Of a DNA stretch of 64,000 nucleotides, positions 41,901-56,900 are shown in pieces. The position numbers and the translations under genes are program-made. Source of the DNA: Catajapyx aquilonaris. Taxonomy: Eukaryota. The stretch covers positions 1 to 64,000 of the forward strand of contig KZ538126.1 of assembly GCA_000934665.2 (NCBI GenBank), read 5' to 3'. The notes under the pieces were generated by a model. It was not told the origin of the DNA and made no database searches. It worked only from the letters and a program-made list of their open reading frames with translations. The stretch's first letter is position 1; the number at the start of each line of letters is the position of its first letter.

Positions 41901-44900
41901 TAGAGACACAGCCTACATAGCCAAGTTATGACACGATGATAATATTATGATACGCCGAAGACAACCTGTGGCTATAAATCACTTTCAACCTTTTTTTTCA
42001 TCCGGCCATTCTTGAGTGTGCCTGATGGCACACCTGAATTCAAGTCTCACAAGATGCCGACTGTCCACTGCACGCTGAGCTGGAAGAAAACCGAACAGGA
42101 AAAAAACAAAGGCTGTCTATCACTTAAGTATCCCATCAAGGACATATGTGCCTTGATTATCACTTGTTTTGGTTCCATGCACCCTTTGTCTCCGTCCAGT
42201 AAAAATCTGTCGTGACTTGGATACCCGTTCGGAAGTCCCATGCATTGTTGCTGATCCGGCCACAAAGAGCTGTGTGTGTATATCATGGGTGTCCGGTCCC
42301 ATTATCAGGCAGCACGAGGTGGTCTAATGGCAAAGTCAGCTGTCAATGGAAGGACAAGTCGGGTTCCGAAATGAAGAAGGCGCCTTCCAGACAACTTATC
42401 GCCGATTGGACTTGACAGATGAGACTTGGAGAGGTCATGGAGGCCGTTCAGAACCGAGGACACTTTTTACTTCACCTACTTGCCATCTGGCTATGTCGCG
42501 GCATACTCAACAAGCGACACAATGTGCACCGGGGCCTGACTTGAGTAGTAAATGAGATCCGACCTGATGACGTGTTACCCAAGGTGTAATCTCACCCGAA
42601 GGCTAAGTTGTATTTGTACGACTCGCGGATCGGAGGAAGCTGACAACAAAGTGTATGTCACATAAGGCAACAGCAGGCTCCCTATAACATTCTCAGCTCA
42701 GAGTCAATTGCTCTTAACATTAAAAAAAAAATCATTCGTTGTAAAAATTAATTCTTTGTGCGCAAGGCTCGAGGTGTTGCCTACCTTCCAGGATATGCTA
42801 TAAATGTTTTAAAAATACTCTAAAATCTGAAATACTCCTGGAAGGTAGGTAAATTATTCATTGGAGGAAGAGGAAGGTGAAGAAGTTATGAATGTTTGTT
42901 CAATAGTGTTTTTTTACATTCACAGTATATCCTGGAAGATAGGCAATAGCTCTAACCATGTGCACAAAAAATGGCTTTTTACAATGAATGTTTTTAAAAA
43001 AATTGTAATGCTAAGAGCAATTGGCTGAGCTGAGAATTTTATAGGAACGCAGCATTGGGAAGTGAACCTCCATGAGTAATATCATTCGTTATAGTCACCA
43101 CTCGCATTTCCTTTTTTATTCAACAATCACATATCCACATCTAGCGATTCGGTTGATTCGAGTCGGCCTTTTGTGTAACACGAGCTGTTGTAAACCCGAT
43201 AGCTCCAGCAATGATCGACGGCATTCACGGTTGAGATAACTTGGCAAAATTATCCGGACGACCTTAAGTCATGGCGTCATAATTGCACCAATATCTCTGC
43301 ACCTTTGAGTCACGTCAATCACTGCCGGTTGGACACCTGATAATATTAAATGCGGTCTAACTTGTTTCTTTGCATGCACTACAGCATGTTGCGGAATACT
43401 TGTACAAACACACCTGTTGCGGTATTTTTGTGTAAATAATATGAATGAGTCAAGTTAGCCGTCTAGACTACACAGTCATAATGTTACCCCTAGAATCTTG
43501 CTTTATGTTACAAAAAAGAAGCTCGGTATACAACGTGATGACGCATGTGTCTATTTGTATCTCACAAAAGGGGAAATTCCACGACGACACAAAAAAGAGG
43601 TGTATATTACAAGCAGTATTACGTCTCAAAAAAATACCTGCTACTTATGTCCACTTACACCAATCGTGTAGGCCTACACCCGCCTAAACGTGAGACTGGC
43701 TTGTACACGGAATAAGTTGTAAACACTTAGGCATTACCATAACAAGCGGCTCATGTTGGTGTCTGGAAAACCCGGAGGAGAAAATTGCCTGGCTGTCTAA
43801 TTCCGCAACCAATTCCTACTTAATATTCACAAATGTTCCATGAGCTAGGGTGTAATTTTACGGCCAATCAGGACTGGTCTTGACAGGGGCGCCCCACCAA
43901 CCCCTTACCCCCCCTGGGGAGATTTCAATTGCAAACTGCTTTCCTCCCGTGTCTTGTAACAAAAAAATTGTGGGACGTAAGTTATACACCATGACACTGT
44001 TGGCACCTGCCTTACTCCTTTTCACCTTGATTCAGCGAGAAAATCACTTGATTCGTGCACACGCGTTCAGAACTATCCTTAGCCAATTATTTACATTTTT
44101 AATTAATAAATATTTAATTGCGTAAAAGATACTTGTTGTAATAAATTACTGGCAGTACGATTTTACTGCTGCGTCCCTGTGAATAATGCAGTAAGATTGA
44201 TCCGACCATTTGGCCTCGGTGGTTTCTACAACACTAGTACTACAGTAGTTCCCAGTTACCGGCAGGCTATTGAGAGCGTATTATTTTTAACGCGACCAAT
44301 AAGTGAGTCAAGGTAACATTATTTAAAAAATGGTCCCTAGACTCGCAGCAGGTATTTGCCAAGTGAAACAGTGCGGCCCCTGTCGTGTAAAAACTCAATT
44401 TAATAGTTTGTTTGGCACGCAAGTAATCCTACACACTTGCATGCTGCTCGTTCCTCGCAGCTGTTGAGGACCTTTTCTTTCTGGCGGCGTCTCCCGAATT
44501 ATAAGTCTTGTTTCATAAACCACCCACAGTTATGCGGAATAAAATATATGTGCCCTTATTCAGACGGGGGTGGAGTTTTCAAATAGCGAGGAAGGGTGTC
44601 AAAAGAAGCCGCCTTCGTCTTGCCAAAATGTGGCGATGAATTTGTCCCGGTTTTAAGCTAGCACCTTAAGACATGTCGGGTTGTTTGAAAAGGCGTGCAC
44701 ATAATTTGCACCGTCGACCATGAAAATAGTGTATTGCGGTGTGTAAAAAGCAGGCGTGCGAAATCCGGATTGATGGATCCATCTGGCTTGTAACGTTTCC
44801 AATACGGATTATGCAAGGATTAGGCCGGATTAGGAGATGGAAATTTATGCACAGGCGCGTAATCTTCGTGTTTTTTTAGAGGACCGTTATGCATAGATTC

Positions 44901-47900
44901 TGGCTGGGTGACAGACATGTCTGTACCGCAGTTGTTGGCCAATGAGAGTGTTGCCTTTTTCTGCACGTGTAACTTTTATGTTACTACAGTATGTTCCAAC
45001 AATTTTTCAAAAAAAAAAAGAACATGAAATGGGTATGAAAATAGATAACAGCCGAACTGATTGGCTGACCACCGCGACAGTCGTCTGATCCAATTTTGTG
45101 TCCTCAAAGCTGGAGCAGACAGAACTCTTCCTTTGTAATTGCAGCAAATTACCCACCTAGTTTCTTGTCCAAACAACAAGGCAGGCAAAATGCCAATATG
45201 AGTTGTGGGCTCTAGTCCGGACCGGAGCAATATTAATGTCTCACTTCCTAGTCATAAGCTCAGGCACACGCCTTCTACAAGCAAGATCAACTTCTTAAAT
45301 ATCACTATAGTGATAATCTTGCTATAACCTCACGTGATTTGCAAGATTAATTCTCACAAAAAATTCGCCAGTGATGAAGACATCACTTTTTTGCAAACTC
45401 TTTGCCACAATTCGTGCTTATACTTGACAGCTTATAACTTACCACCGATTTGTTTGTCCCGAGGCGCGATCAGTTTTTGTTTACGACCCGATCCTGTTTC
45501 AATAAGAATGATATTTGACGAGGCTACTTCGGCAGGTATAACTAGTCTAACCCGCTCATCTTCCATTTCTTATTCACATCTCCAAATGATACCATAAGAA
45601 GTTATTGTCACCTCGCTCAGTGCTGGTTACAGGGCAGGAAAACACACTAATTACAAACCTCCCTAGCATTTTGGCTCCTCAGTTATTGGCCGAAAGCACT
45701 TGCCAAAATCGTGCTTGACATAACAAGCCCCATCATTCCACCGGATTAAAATGTCATTGCACCTCCTGCATTCCTTTCATCGCTAATTGTTCCCTAAATC
45801 CCTCATGTTCCTCGTATTATTGTGCGTCTCTTTCACACCGGACATCCAAATTTGGGAAGGCTGCAAAAGTGACGCCCTTTCAGGCGCCCCATCGACCTAC
45901 GCCTTGCTAATCACAGGCTACATGAAGAAAGTTTAGGGGGAGGTAGGGGGCGAATCAAGAACCCCGCCCCTTTGACCCTTGCCAAAAAAAAACACCACCA
46001 CCTGTTACATGAACCTCGCATTATAGCCATTACAAATAACCAACCTTAGTATAATAGGTGGTCCTACGCTGAACTGCCACCAGGCAACCTTTCGTATTAA
46101 TCACGTCAAGTTCTCAGTACAAAAAAGTAACGTTGACTTCTTACACGTGCTGTGTAATTGCAATGCCAGAAGCACCCCCCAAAAAAATTTCAAGCAGAAG
46201 CCATGTGCAACCACGTCCACTCCAATAAAATTAACTGACGTTAGGAATTTAAGCCATCAACCGCGGAATAAACGCGAGTGTTTGCTCAGCTGTCACTTCA
46301 TTTTGAGTCATAAACACACTCAGCATCTAAAGTATAAATGTGACATAAAAAAGCGACATTCTGCTCTCTCATGCACCAAATCTCGCCAGCTTCTCTCCTG
46401 TGTTTCTTGTCACTTCTCTTGTCCATTTTTTTTTTGCACCTGGCGGAAAACTTTCTTTTCGAGGGCGTCCATTAGGAGACGATGGCAGCATCCAGATAAA
46501 GCGGAAGGTCAAACCAAAAAGAAGGCGGAGGCTCGAAGGAATGATGGAAGCCAAGTGACTCAGCACTCAGTGTCTTACCTGAATATGTGCCCCGCCCCCC
46601 ACCCCTCCCTCAAAATATAAATGGGTGTGCAAACGCATCCTGATGTTTTTATAACCACAGGTAAAACCGGAGATACGCACGATTACACTGTCGCTGAATA
46701 TATCCTGCTGGCAGCCAGCTTGTTTCTATTTACCTCGGTCGTGATGGGCTCCAAAAAAAATATGGACGGATATGGTTATAGGATATGTGATATGGTCGAC
46801 ATATGCCGACCTTTTAGTACGTGACAGATGGTGCGTGTAATATTTTAAAATGCCATCCACGTTATCCATGTCATCGTCTTGGGATATGTGCAATATTACT
46901 AGGTTCCTAGAAGCTAAGGTTCCCCTCCAATTCGGCCAGCATAAATATACATAAATTTCACACCAGGTGCGTCAGGTATTACAGATTTTCCGCTTTAGAT
47001 AAGTGTCATGCTGTCATCCGACTTGATTTTTCCGATACTGATGCCGAAAGAAAGAACCAGCACTGAATACATAATTATGCAACACGTTAGCTAAATAAAT
47101 TTGTAATTGGATACGTTATGTACACCTTATAGGGCTATCCCAATTAAGAATAAAGTCCAGGTGTTCCAATCTTTATATATAAAAAATATATATATCGCTC
47201 TATAAATCTTATCCTGTGCAGTCAGTCGACCTAACGGAAAACAATGCCCAGTTACATGTAATATAGTCATCTTTCAGTCGTGAAGGAGAAAGCCACGAGC
47301 ACGTGGTCTCTAGTCCTTATCAGTAGGCTTGAAAAATGTAGCGTGCAAGTTCAATGTCAAATCGGACCTGAACGAGCATCTTTTACTCGTGGTTAACGAC
47401 CGCTAATCCTCGACTACCTTCTTGTCATTTTTCGACTCAATTCTCCACGCTCCCTTCTTCTCTCTCTAATATCTTTTGGGGGTGCAGGAGACCTGGGGCC
47501 AGGTTACAGGTACCGATAACAACAGGATATTCCGAACACGTCCACACGATCGGACTCTTCTCTCCAAAAACGTGTCCGGGAGGGAAAAGGCGGGTTAGAA
47601 AGGATTCCCAACTGATCGCATCAATGGATAAGGGACCACTCGCTGTGTAAATCCACTTGTTTCATTTTCATACGGGTGCCACTGACAAAGGACAGCCCCT
47701 CGGTAGCCTTCCTTTTTTTTTGTCCGCGTAAAGGTGCAGCTCTCAAATCTCAGGTGTACATGGATTTACGACTATTCTGACGATAATAATCTCCGCTAAG
47801 TACACCGAACAGAAATCAAGAGTTATGTCTTATAATCGGTTACAATTTGTTTGCTGTGACACTCCGGAATAAGCCAAAACGATAAGTAATAAGATAATGG

Positions 47901-50900
47901 CCTATCCCGCTGAGATAATCCTTGTCAATGCAACCGCAGCGAATCTTAAGTATAAGCTACGGTAGCAGATGGTTAAAACACATTGCGAAATGTGAGACCA
48001 AATACCAGAAACAATTATTCTTTGATTGTACAAAAAAATTTCGCTCTTTCTCCACTTGAGATAATATGACACCCATCGCTTGTATACATGATGAACTCTT
48101 TCAACTGATTCGATATTCAGTTCACCGGCTGGAGTAATTCTTGTCTCGATTTTATAGTAAAACTATCGCACATGTCTTATCACATTTTAAATCAAATCAT
48201 ATTTATTTTAAAGATTGATTGAGGGCCATTACATTGTTTGCGAAGGCAGCATGGACAGCAAAAAATCCCCCCNCCCCCCCCCCCCCCAAATCGATTTTCC
48301 ACATTCTTTGCAAATAAAATTAGTTTCATATGATAAATGCAATTATTTGCTTTAACAAAGATGGATGTGCGATATGTATAGTTGCACATCGAAAAACAAA
48401 TTTTCCTCATATTTAGTATAATTGTCGACAGCAATTTCACAACAATCAATTCACACGGTAGAAATTTTACTTAAAATCAATTTCTAAGTTAAACGTTCTC
48501 AAATTGAGGCGAGAACCACCTAACACAAATTTTTCCGAGAGCAACCCGTGATAATATGGTGATTTAATTCACATCGCGTGCGTGCTTCCCGCTCTGGCAA
48601 GAATTTTACACACTACATGCGATGCGAAAAATCATTCATGCTGCCTCCTTCCCTGGGGTTTTGCCACGCCGTAGCCGAGATTTAATAAGGCGCATTTACA
48701 GTAGACAAACGAGTACGTGCCCGCAACATTTACGATGTCTTCGTGTAGTTTAGGCCCCCGCACATTCTCACCGCATCATATATTTTTTGGCAACTTTTGC
48801 CTAGATAAGCATCTGACGCCCCCCTTTGAACAAGTTGTAGGTGTTATCAGGCAAGAATGGTTTGGAGGCAAAAGGCGTCATTATTGCTGAGAACTAAGCA
48901 CGCACGGACAGCTTAAAGGCGGTAAATCCCCGAGCCTTTTTATGAATCCGCCCATTTTTAGTGGGCCACTGGGTGCGCTATTATTTCGGAGATAAAAAAA
49001 AAGAAGTTGCAGTGTGATGTGTTAACTAATACAAGGTGGAGACGGAGTTGCTTTCCACGCCCATTGCGTGATGTTTTTCCTCATTCATTTTTAACGCCAG
49101 GGATTGCAGCAAGTGAGTTCTAAGATATTCGAAAGTGCAATCGACAGCAGGTCTTGGAAAACAAATTAATAACACCCCCGGAGTCGCCTCGTGTAATGAT
49201 ACATCTCTCAAGACTTTCGGGGTAAGAAGGTGTGAAGACCATGACACGCGAAGTGTACAGATTGGCACGGTTTCGCAGGTGTTGCAAATGTTCAGCCAGG
49301 CAGTAAAACTGAAGCCTCTGCCTAGTCGTAAATTATGACAGGGAGAATTATCCCAGTCTGTCATCAGTCATGTTATTCAGCTTAAGTTATATGCAGGCGG
49401 CAATTTCGGCATGCGTATATCCTTGTACAATGTTGTCGTAAATTGCAGTACAATATTCACAACAGGACGCAGATGCCAAATGCCAGGGAATTTACTGCAA
49501 ATTATATGCGTTCTGTTGCCTCAACTGATATGAGAGCCAACAATATTTGAAGGGGTTGAAAGCAACTTTCTGAGCTGGAGGGAATGGTAATGCAAAATTC
49601 AAAACAAAATACTGCCCAGGTTCAAATTGGAGAAGACGCTTATTACTTTTATTAATCAAGGAGGACTCAGAATCATCGTAATAAATCTATTCTGGCAATA
49701 TACAAGTCTTTCCTAATTTGAGTCCGGTAAAATGTTGCACCTCGTACTTCACTGCCATCAGCAAGTATTCATAATTAATGCTGTCCATAACTTGCCATAA
49801 GCGACTGTGGCCATCCTTCATTTGCTCAAAACGCATCTTCATGTATCTGTGTGCCAAGAATATTCATGAAGTCGACTTGTCCTGGTCTTCAAGTAACCAG
49901 CAATCAGATCCCATTACCCTCTGTCTCAGTAAAAACCTACATGTTGTCTGGACCCACTGGGTGGTTGCATGTCCCTCCCTCGACACTCATGTTGTGGCCA
50001 TGAAAGACACAGGTACCTAGATGTCCTCCCCAAGGTCCAGCTCCATTTTGGCAAGATCCTGGGGAGTGACCCCCATCCTGCATAATTATCTTCATCGCTA
50101 TCTCGCGCCCCCTTCGATTATTCTTTTTTTTTACATATACATCCCACCGGAAACTCCGCATAACACCCTCGCACAGGTGTATTTCCTGGCCGGTTTGGAC
50201 AGTCACCTTAGGACAGGGGGAAAAAATGAGTGAATAAACCCCACCCTGATGAAGGCCAAGCGTAAAACTTCTCCACCCGAAGCAGGTTTTCGATGGCAAC
50301 ATCTTGGGAGGTTCTCTTCAAGACGATGAGAGAAAAAAATGCCGCTAGAGAGAATCGGTCCGAAAGAGACGCGCCCAATAAATAATAATTTTCCCAGGCA
50401 GGGTCAAGCCGTTCAAGTGGACTAAGAATACTGCGGTAAGATTACTTGGAGCCAGGTTTCTGACAACAAGCGCCGGATTTTCCGTAAACAAAAATAAACC
50501 TCAGTCTCTGTCCTCGCGACGCCCACAATTTTCTGACGAAGCGTTGTTTGCATATATATTTTTTTTCGAGCCCAACCCTGCCTATTCACGACCACACGAG
50601 AACCGAACTCTCAATATTGCCCGTGGAATTCGATCCGCCTGACTCGACGTACTACACCTACGTACTCAGTATGTATAAAAAAGAGAGTGTCGGCAGTATG
50701 TAGATCAAGTGAGCAACATTTTATGATTTCGCTCATTATGTCATCCGAGCGATAAATCTATCGCGGGGGTTCTACTATGGACCTGCAATGTAACACATTA
50801 GTAGCCGTAAATGGCGCCGGCATGCATCGTCGTACCTAAATGCGTGTCATTCGGTGTGGGTGGGTTGTAAACAGTGTGATTTACCGTGTGCGTTACATGT

Positions 50901-53900
50901 CACTATACGACGAGCAAGTGCTGAGGAGAGAGTCAGCAGGTATCAAGCTTACGGTCACTTATTTTTGCATCGTTCGTTGCAACATACAATGTGTTTCATA
51001 ATGATTCTGACATATACACCTCTGTCCTCTCCTGGACATCAGAGAATCACTTTATGTAGCTGAGATAACATTAATTAATAAAGGCGTACACTGTACGCGA
51101 AATATTAAGAAACACTGTATATATGAGCAAATTGACAACTTTCACTCTCAATGTGCGAAGGCCTTCCTTGGAATAAAATCTTAACAGAATACTGTACATG
51201 TGCATTAACTGCAACAGTCCCGTTACATTGGCATTCGGAGAAAAGCTGAGGTCAACTGGAAAATTTCAGTTTGTAATTCTGCATTGTTTTTGCCCCCGAA
51301 TTGACGAGTGTTTACTCCCCCTCGCAATTTGTAAAGTGCCGGTAACAGAGTTACAAGGTGAGCCCGATGCACAAAAAGTACAAGGAAATTTACCCGAAAC
51401 CGGTTAAAATCTCACTTTTTCCCTCTCAACCGGATAAACAGTGAGTACAAGTGAGTGACGTTTACTCCTCCTCTCCCATACCAAATAAGCACAAATGACA
51501 TTGCAGACGGACAGAAATAACAACCGAGCTGTCAGTTCATCCTGCAGTGCATGCAACCAACAAAGCACTACCGACTTCGCGCAGAACCGCCTTTACCATA
51601 CTTTCCACACATTTGAAATAATGACTGTACGTCACAATTGGCAACAATGCCTTGTGACATCAGTTTTACAGGGTGTCTAACAAACCGAAGGGGAAAAAAT
51701 CCCTGATATTTCCAGGTTTTCCAGGTTGCTAGGCACTCTGATTTTACCTTTTGATTTTTTTTAACCTTTTTAACCTGTCCTTTTGAAAATTCATTACCTA
51801 CAGTAATACTGGCTTCACCTCTGCTAAGTGCAACGTATTGCAGTGCCGTTAATTTACAACACCTGTCATCGCAACCCCGCGAACCTCGACACCCCAAGCG
51901 CCATCCAGCTGACCGATTCAATCTCACTTTATGACCAACATCGCAAAGGACAGAAGCCTTTCCCTCTGGCATCAACCAAAAAGAGAAAAGAAAAAAAGAC
52001 GAGAGCCCCTTACCGCCAAACCATTCTTATTTACAACCCGAACAAATCCGCACATGGCCCCTCCGGAGTCTGGCCTCCGTTCCTTATCGACGGAATCCAG
52101 CTCTGGTTAGAGCAGTCAACGAACCCCTTTAGCAAGCAAGTCTCATTTCAGTCAGAAAAAATAAAATAAAAAGGAGACGTAACCATTACTATACACGAGT
52201 GGAGCTCGGGCAAAAATGCACCTGGAAGGTGAAAAGTGTGGAGGCCGCCAAAGGAAGCATCTTCCACGTGCGCCACTGGATGGACCAAAAGGAGGAGGTC
52301 AAGGACGGACATCCAGCACTGGTGGGAAAAAATCCTGGTCGCTACCATACCATAGGACTCGGTGAAATTTAATTAAATATTTCCCACGCCGGGCCGCTTC
52401 TGGACATTTTTGTCAGAGTGACCTCCCATGACGTTGGGGGGNGGGGACCAGGCACTTGTGACGAGTGCTATCTGAAGATGGCTGGAAAAAGCCTTTCCGT
52501 GTCCTTCCAGGAGCGTAAACGAGGAAGGGGCCAGGAGAAGTAGGTGGGATTTCCGAGATGTGTCACACACAGACAGTGAAAAAAACAGTCTGAAACTGCA
52601 CCTTCTCAGAACTGCATAGGGTGCAGTGTGAGACGGGGGAGAAAACACTGAGTCACGATGATTTAACTGGCGACACTTGAACTTGTCGCGACAATTGAAG
52701 GGTTGCACTGTATACATAGTGACTAATCCGCGACCACATATTAGGCTAATCAGTGAGATTATTTTGCCAATAGAGGCTGAAATTCTCCAAGTACGGAAAA
52801 CATCTTTGTGAAGAATCGTGACGATATCTACCAGCAGTTAAAATTTATCTGTGCCGTAAATAAATAATGTAAATTAGCCCTTTTCTGTGCGTGGTTTACT
52901 GCCATTACCATGTCTTTCATGGCCTGATGGCCTTACAAGCACATTTTCATTGCACTGTCCCAGTGAGAAAGAAGCCTGTTATTGCCTGTAAACTGCCTCT
53001 GTGCACGACAGCGTCGTATTTTAAGTTTTCCGCGAAAAACATGGACAGTGTGGGGTTACTTATTATCGATGTCTGGGCATATGTGAGAAGACAGCATCTA
53101 AATTACGCCTCTACTTGAGTGTAAGTGTGGAGGATTTATAATGGAAAGAGGAAAAGCTATGACCAGGTCGGACCTTTTGTCGCATTCTTCTCGTCTTCAC
53201 ACCTTTCACAGCATAAGTCTCAGTAGAAAACAGATCTCTTCTCTCAGCAGCCTTCGCATCCAAAAATTCTTCCTCTTTCTCTTGGACCCAGGCCTTCCTA
53301 GAATTTTAATCACTTGACTGCGTATGGAAATAAATTACCGTCACTTAAACTGAATTTACACAGGCATTACCAAAGCATATATCTAATTGTGACACGGTGT
53401 AATTGAAACTGACACTAGAAATGGCCTCCACGTTGAAGACGTCGACAGCTTAATGACCACCCCCGTTTCACTGTCAATCAGTTACCAGATGTGTTAATTA
53501 GAGAAGTGTCACCAGGATCATATTATGATTAAAGACGCGTTTTTTTTGGACCCGGGTTATTTGCATAATTGCAAGTGTTTAAGGTCGCAAGGTTAGTTCG
53601 CAAGAAAATAGGGACCGGGTGTAATTCAGATTTTGAGACTACTGCAGTTTCGGTAATCAAAACACGATTCGGTCAAGTCGTGCCATGTGATCACGCATCC
53701 ATACGGATATGTAGAAGGGGAGAAAAAACAAGGCTTATGTCGCAACATCGGGGCAGGGTCTAGTATTCTGAATGAAGCGAGGGGCGGCGCGCTGTCTACC
53801 TTTTTATCCTTTGATGGAGAGAAGGATCTCTTGAAGTAGAAAAAAAAAATCTTTCTATGCAGGAAGAAAAGGAGAAGGGATTACAAGCAGGATCCTCCTC

Positions 53901-56900
53901 CGAAACCATAAGGAAGAGACTAGGAAAAAGGTGGATTAGACATACACTGTAAGGCCCTTCCGTTGTTCACATATCAAGATCCAGTGTCATCCATTTTTTT
54001 TATCCAATTTTTTATCAGTCTTGAACCCGAGGATGGACTCTTTATAAGCGGACAATGAAACACCTCAGGTCGTACCAGCGGCATATTTCCTACCAGTGAT
54101 CACTCTTGGCTTGAAGGGTCACGGCCCTCGGACGGGATAAAAATTCCGAAATGTCTCCGTCCTCCATAAACACGCCATCTTCCGTGACTTTTTTTTTTGT
54201 TATTCCGGCTCTATGCAGGTGGCCAGTATTTCATTTTTTTGTGTGTACGCACTTTTTTGTGTGTGGACTGGACCTGGACACGTGGTGGGCTACCTTAAAA
54301 AAATTTACATCAAAATGACCAACCTCACCTGTGGCCGAAAGACTTGTGACGTGCGAAGTGACATGCCCTTGACACGGCGGGGGCTGCGAAGACAATATTT
54401 CCCCGTGGCCTCCACACCTGATTTAATATTCATGGGAAGGGCTTGATCCATTCGTGATGACCCATGTCCTGCAAAGAAAATAGCCAAATGAAGCATCATC
54501 TATCACTGGCAGGGAAAACAATCAGGAACTGCCAAAATAATGAACGCTCCCATTTGCATGCTTCTTCCTAAACTCCATTCCAGCATTTTTCTTAGTCGTG
54601 GTTGGGATGTTTGCGTGAGGTTTTCAGATTATTCCTGATCCTTCCCGACTTCAAAGAACCGGGAAGCTATTATTTTTGTAATCAGACCACACTATTAATG
54701 CCTTATCAGATAATGCCTCTTTAAAAATGACCACGCTCTATTTCGGCCTCATCAAGATTTAAATGAAGCAGAACCATGTATTAAAAACATGACCTTCACA
54801 GAAAAAAAGCCAACCTTATCATTCAGGATGAATACAAAAAGACTAATGGATTCGGGCTGTAAACTACTTAACTTTTTTTTGTTGAATAAAAGAATGCAAA
54901 ACATTATTGCTCACGATGTGCCTTTACCATCATATCGTCTTACCCAACAAATGTGCCGAAAATTTTTAGCAGGGTAATATTTGCCAAGGACGTGGGAAAA
55001 AGGGGACCAACAGCCTCTTCTAAACCCGGAACATAAAAAAACTCAGCAGCTTAATTACATTTGTACCTGCGGCACATACGGCACGTTATTAGTTATATCG
55101 CAAAAAGCCTTGCCCGTAATTACAAGAGAACACTGCCTGCACGTCGTACTTTGAGTACGGCGACAGATTTATGTCTGGTTCAGGCAGGATGCATACATTA
55201 TTCGGCTGGCGAAGGCTAATGATTCTAATGAATAATGTGGCGAACCTTTGTCATGGGTCTCATGAATTGTGAACCTGCACTGTTGAAATCGAAGGGCACG
55301 TGAAGATGCTGCAAGTGCGTTGTTTTCTTTAAAGTTTTCAAAAAAGAGTGTGCTAAAAATTGACATATCATTTAACGGCCTGGTTCTTGCGGCATAAAAG
55401 TACCACAGCAGGGTGTCAGTCGTAGTTGAATGTCGAAAAAGACGGAAAAACACCGCTATTAATGTCTTAGTAAAACGTTTCAAGCAGAAACGACCCGATG
55501 ATTTCATCATTAGTCCGTTTTCTGGGAGAAATTGGCAAAGACCGCGCAAATACAGTATTTACGATCCCAACAAAGCCAGCAAAAAAAAAACCATTTTTGT
55601 AAATTATCATGCTGCAAGCACGTTTCGCAGGCTTATTTCCTCTCACTTTTTACACGATTCGTGAGACGTTTGAGATGTGGACCTACAAGTCGACCTTGCA
55701 GTGCGAAATCATTTTGGCTCCAACCACTCGAGTCTAATAAAGATTAATTTTTCTTCTTTCCTATAATTAGAGACAACTTATAGTGTGTGCATGCACTGTA
55801 TGTTGAATTACGAGCTGACAACAAAACTGAGTAAAAAAAATACACTTTGGGATTATCCTCTTCAGTGAAATCCATGGCACGTGCGTGAGTTACACCATTC
55901 TTTTTTCCCCCCTACTCTCTCTGATGTTACGAGAGGATAGTCTCTGCAGTATAGTTTACATGGAAGGTTGCCAGTGACGTGGAAGCAAAACCCCGAAAAG
56001 GGAACACGATATACCACGAGTATACGGGTGTAGACAGAGACTGCACATATCCCCCCCAACTTGCACCAATCTTCCCGTGCGAGACGTTTTTGGCCAAAGA
56101 TGCCGGCGAAAATCCGGAATTATTGTAGGCATGTTTCCAAAAAGCTTTCTGGCTGCAATGCGCGTAAGAGTGCACCAGACTGCATGTTCTATATTGCTTC
56201 CTTATATAACCTGGACGTGTAACAGTGTTTACTATTTTTTTTTGTGTGCTGTTTCAGACGGATCTCACTCATCACCTCCGAAGCCTTCAAACATCGGTTC
56301 AATCAGACGACGAAGATCTATATCTCAGGATAACTACATAGAGATCATGGTCGTTGCAGACGGAAAAATGGCCAGCTATCATGGAAGCGATCTGCCACAT
56401 TACATCCTCACACTCATGTCAATAGTATGTACAAAATAATATTACCGGTATTGTACGTGTGGATTTGGGTAGTGCACCATCCTGTATTTTCATCCATTTT
56501 TCAGGTGGCTCTGATATATAAGGACGCCAGCATTGGCAATCCGATTCAGCTGGCCATCGTGAAGCTCTTGGTTCTTAAAAACCAGGAGTTTGTGGTCAGG
56601 CACGGGTCAGGAGAGAGTCACGATGGCACTTCGGCAGGTGACATGTTGCGCAACTTCTGCAAGTGGCAGAAGGTGGTCAATGACTTTGATGACAACAGTG
56701 TCAGTCACCATGACACGGCCCTTCTGCTAACCAGGTAAGTCGTGTCATTTGTAGCCCACTACTGTTACATCTCTCATTTCATGGAGGAAAATTGACTGTA
56801 GCAACTGCCTAGACAATAATTGCTTAGTTCAGTAATAAAATACTGTATTTTCTATTTCCAAAACAAGTAAAAATTTGTCCTTACATGAAAAAGGACAGGA

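Noticed and set aside
45200..45230. tRNA/SINE-like GTGGGCTCTAGTCC
   Set aside because: Degenerate B box with no matching 5' half.
13150..55000. Scattered Su(H)/CSL YGTGRGAA sites
   Set aside because: Roughly the number expected by chance, and not paired or clustered.
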